A stretch of DNA of 57,394 bases, filler included, from Streblomastix strix (Eukaryota), in NCBI GenBank assembly GCA_008636045.1. It is 3 parts of 3 records of this genome, joined end to end, with 100 filler letters (N's around TTAATTAATTAA, not from the genome) between each part and the next. Parts side by side here need not be neighbours in the genome. Positions count along the whole stretch, not along the records: positions 38,336 to 57,394 come from SNRW01000549.1; 2 more parts are not named here. One strand, written 5' to 3'. A model generated the notes under the pieces. The model saw nothing but the letters and a program-made list of their open reading frames with translations. It ran no database searches and was not told the DNA's origin. Made by a program: the position numbers and the translations under genes. Numbering within the stretch: the first letter of the stretch is position 1; each line of letters begins with the position of its first letter. Positions 53,521-57,394 of this stretch are shown piece by piece.

Positions 53521-53722
53521 CTGGACGGAGATTTGCATATGCTTGATGTTGTTTTTAAATCATGATTAAGTGCTTTATGGTTCAAGTAGATATAGCACCA
53601 TTGGTTTAATTAATGAGGTTAGAAACATTGAAAATTTAATACATATAATTAATGAAGCGCCTGAACCCTATAATCGTGAGGAAATTGATGAAATATTAGA
53701 TAAAAAATTAAATATTTCTGAT
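53521..53722 (+). pseudogene. 5' fragment of possible virion fibre-like protein, cut by insertion
   Basis: ...PEPYNREEIDEILDKKLNISD resembles Y(T/N)KxEID fibre-type repeats; the sequence character changes at ~53721. Confidence 0.35.
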
Positions 53723-55070
53723 CTCTCATGCACTAAGATCCAGAGAGCGAGGTGGAAACGCTCGCCTTTAGAGACGAATGAGAGATAAACACTCTTTATT
53801 ATGTGATGTGTCCAGTAATAATTGTGAAAATATAACAAAATAACTGATAATTAAAATTGTTAACGGGAACCGCCTTATCAAACCCTTTGAAGCTTTTTTA
53901 TTACGTTCTTGTATCCAGAATGTCAGTAAGGACCCCCTCCGCGATCAATTCGGACATTTAAAATTCTTGAGATAAATCTTTGTACAATTCCTGGATGACA
54001 TTTACTCGTAGAGATAAGACAGATTTTAGGAGTATACGAACTGTTATATTCCATCGTATATTACGCCCTTCCTACCAGCCTGTTATCTTTTTTTACGATG
54101 CATTGTTCAAGAGATTGATGTTTAGCAACGCGTGAACTCGTTCCCATGGCAGAACTTTATTGAGGGGACCGATATCAAGCACATTCAAGCTTTGCCGTTT
54201 TTGAAGGTCGTCAGGGGGCCAATTGCTCTAAATAGTTTTTGACCCTTCCTTTTAGGGAATCGCACCTGGAAAATATGATGATTCAAACCCTGAGGCAGCC
54301 TGGACCTCAATAAATTAAACAGGCAGGAGAGCCATCCACCTATCTCCATAATCTGTGGAATCTAATCTCATATTATCAAGAAATGTAAACAATAATTAAT
54401 GGTTAAAAATTAGATAGATTACTAATACCACTAGGTGCATGCCTCAACTGTTATATAAGGTGTATGCAGTAAAGGAACAGTAGAATCAATAAGATCCGCA
54501 GTATCAACAATCTTTGGACTAATAACAGGGAAAGTCCAAATATAGGCAAATTTGGATGCATAATTATTTAGAGATCATCATCTTTGTATGGGAGCAAATC
54601 AATACTTAAATGACAAAATGCTCTAAGCAAAAGCGGCAGCACTTTTATTGATTAATAATTTCGTGAGAGTCACAGAAATGCAATAAATTGAATGTGGATC
54701 TATATAAATAAATTAGCAACTCAATCAGATATCATTCCAATGTTAATTAAAGACTTCTGAGAAAGAAGAAAGAATCTATCTTGATGAAAATCCAGCAGTC
54801 GAAGAAAGATTATCAACAATTAAACTGATATAAGAATTGATTGGTAGAGTCTAAAAGAGAACATTTAATAAGGCGGCTCACTTATTTCTCAAGCCAAATT
54901 CATTAGGTGCACTATCAGTATCACAAATCAGTGATTTAATTCGCACGTTATTATAAGAAGCCGGACTTGACACAAAGGCCTATGGCGTCTATTCATTGAA
55001 AGCGGCAGGAATTTCTGAATAATTTGAATAAGGGAAAAGTCTGAAATAAATGCCTGGTGGTATGAGAGCA
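53721..55070 (+). mobile_element. Remnant of tyrosine-recombinase (DIRS/Crypton-like) element
   Basis: Nested hairpin at 53721-53786, GC-richer non-coding segment, then a YR fragment; no RT seen. Confidence 0.55.
54459..55050 (+). pseudogene. Tyrosine recombinase fragment lacking the catalytic Tyr region
   Basis: SIRSAVSTIF, KYRQIW, LQAKAAALLLINNFVRVTEM (Arg I), QLKT, HLFL, ISDLIRTLLQEAGLDTKAYGVYSLKAAGIS (box II variant). Confidence 0.8.
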
Positions 55071-57109
55071 ATATTTAGTAGATTTGATAGTATATGTTGA
55101 ATGGAATGAGGATATAAAGATAGATAGTGAATAAATAGGGTATGGAAAGGAAATAATGATTATATTAATGTATAAATTTTCATTTTTTGTAATATTTTCA
55201 TGTTATTTGTATTCTATCTCTTCATATATTTTTTTATTGAATTGACCTAACCATGTCATTTGGTGTAAAATCCGAGTTGAAATTTACATCAAAAAAAACA
55301 CCCCCTCTAATTTATTGCTAAAAAATATAAAAAATATGAATATAAAAAAAAATATTGAATCATTATTCAAAAAACACCCCCTCTAATTTGATGAAAAAAT
55401 TGATTTAGCATCATACTTTTCTCTTTCATTTACGTTATGTCATCGTATTATTATTATTATTTTGTTTGATATGATAGCTGAGAATGTAATGATAGTGGTT
55501 ATATTGAAAGTATTCTATTAAAGTCTGGACTTTTGGGGTTCAATATGTCATCTGATTATTTTTTTAGATAGTTTATAGGTTATATTTTATATTTTTAAAT
55601 TGGATTGGTTAGTTCTAAAGGATTTGATTTGATACTTATTGCTTTGAATTATCAGAATTAATAATTTAGTCAGTTTTTAATTGTTACTAACTTGTTTGTT
55701 ATGGTTAAACTAAAGATTATGATTGAGTTATTTAGTTATTTTCAATAAATTTATCATTTTCAATGTTGTTTAATAATTTTATCGTACTTTTCAGCTTAAT
55801 TTTCTAATATTTAAGGATAAATTTTTATTAATTTGATTATTTATTTGATAAATTTAATTGCTGTTATAATAAATAATGATTATTACTATTGATTAACGCA
55901 GACTATTATTATTATTTTTAGGAAGAATGAAGATTAAGAAATTAATCTTATATTGGATAAAATTATTATTGTTTATTTAAGTTTTAATTATGCGAGTGAT
56001 TTGTAGAATTAAAATAATATTACTCAAAAAACTGGAGATATGTTACTATTTATTGTTAGAGATTATTGTGCACAATCAAAAATATTCGAAGGAGATAAAG
56101 AAGATGATGAAATGAAATCTTAATTACGTGTATCTTATCCAAAATAATATCATTATTCGATTAGTTAAAATATTTTTAATCTTCATATTAAATATTATTT
56201 GATTTATTTTGTATAGATTAAAAATGTAATTATCTATTTAGATTCTAATCTTTTGGTACAATTATTGAATTAGAAATAAAACCTTCCATTTAATTAGAAC
56301 TTTCAAGTAAATCTTTTCTTTAGTTATATCATTGTCTTCTTATTCTTATATATCTTTTTCCATAAGTAATTATTATTCTTAGAAATTTGATTATTTAATA
56401 TCAAATTCTATTTCTTACTGCTATTGGATTATTTAATTCGGTTGTGTGAAAGATTTAGAATGAATTATAATGTTATCATTTATTTAATTATCATTAATAC
56501 TACTATTGGATAATTTTATTGACTTTATGAGTTTGAATTTAATTATTTTTTTAATAACTAATTATTTTTAGGTAATTAATTTGTTATTTATGATGAATTT
56601 TATTATTATGTTTAATTTTTATTTGCTAGTTAGATTTCTGACAAAAGTGATGATTAATTTAATTAATATTAATCTATTTGAATTAATGATGTTTTTGATT
56701 CTTATTAATTCATTGATAAACCAGTATGTTATTATTTTTATATGGATTATTATTCTAATGCTTCTTTTAATTACTCTTGAAGAGATTTCGGTTAGGAAGC
56801 TGTATATTATTAAAATTTATAGATACTAATATAAATTTCTATTATTTGGTTTATAGTTCTCTCCTTCCAGTTACAAGAATGTGCTTATTTAACAAACTGC
56901 TATGGAAATTCTATAGGCGGTAGACTAACTGGCTCATCTTAAATAGTATTCTGTTATATGTTGTTATTATTTTCTTCTTTATCAGTGTTTTATTCTTCAG
57001 TTGATTCATTGTCATCTGATGGTTCTGAAAGCTCTTCATTGTCTAATGTAAAATCTTTATCATCATTATCGTATTCTTCTTAATCATTGTGAATTATCTT
57101 TTGGATGAT

Positions 57110-57394
57110 AGCTTAAAGCAATTTATCTAGTGCCTAAGGTTATCTGTCGTATTTCCAGCATAAAACATGTTGAATTTCTTAAGAAGAATGTCAATATTAA
57201 CTCCAAATTTTAGTAGAGATGCAGTTTTGACTTTACCAACAAATGATATTATAAAAATTGGTGGCATATTAGTAAGATTTGCGTGAATGGTTGCTATTGT
57301 CACCTTTTTGTGATTAAGTTTTCCTGAATCTATACACACACTGACATATTAATTTCTATATCTTTCCAGTTGTTCCATACGCAGTTTATCAGCA
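57110..57394 (-). pseudogene. Possible hAT/DUF659-like transposase core fragment
   Basis: MSVCIDSGKL...FYAGNTTDNLRHQ resembles the first two catalytic Asp strands of RNase-H-fold transposases; then frameshifts into acidic/Q-rich low-complexity sequence. Confidence 0.45.

Larger units (their letters stand above)
49266..53722. mobile_element. Virus-like primpol-D5 helicase element, same family as 17310-19075, right part disrupted
   Basis: Begins AGTAGTTATG; 24-bp inverted repeat 49267-49290 / 49505-49528; ~120-bp inverted repeats 49686-49806 / 52438-52557 around the helicase gene; two divergently oriented intronless ORFs follow, whose membership is inferred. Confidence 0.72.

Noticed and set aside
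53721..53786. Hammerhead ribozyme (CTAAGA...CGAA within stems)
   Set aside because: Core deviates from CUGANGA/GAAA and no stem I can be formed; kept only as a hairpin.

Overview
AT-rich eukaryotic (protist) DNA made of three unrelated contigs joined by artificial N-TTAATTAATTAA-N spacers (19076-19175, 38236-38335). Genes read through TAA/TAG as Gln and stop only at TGA (translation table 6), so the supplied standard-code ORF track is mostly fragments. The code, short GT-AG introns and gene families suggest an oxymonad such as Streblomastix strix (inference). Contig 1 (1-19075) is almost entirely an endogenous, decaying Polinton/Maverick-type virus. It encodes an amphipathic small protein, major and minor capsid proteins, KilA-N, an A32-like packaging ATPase, a ~1500-aa protein-primed PolB (with vOTU-like and HNH-like domains, split by a 438-bp TA-flanked MITE), an rve integrase with a DD(35)D triad and a primpol-D5 helicase. 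It is followed by the end of a second element. Contig 2 is host DNA: importin-alpha-like, 7TM, C2, SPRY-like, N-BAR and ARM-like genes. Contig 3 has large host genes and a beta-helix surface protein, then a relative of the second element, a tyrosine-recombinase remnant and a hAT-like transposase remnant. The most unusual system is the second element family (17310-19075 and 49266-53722). Both copies have an AGTAGT start, a ~260-bp fold-back with co-varying arms, iteron-rich ~120-bp boxes and a D5-helicase gene, and in contig 3 the boxes enclose the primpol-helicase gene as inverted repeats. All translations were done by eye and coordinates of multi-exon genes are approximate.
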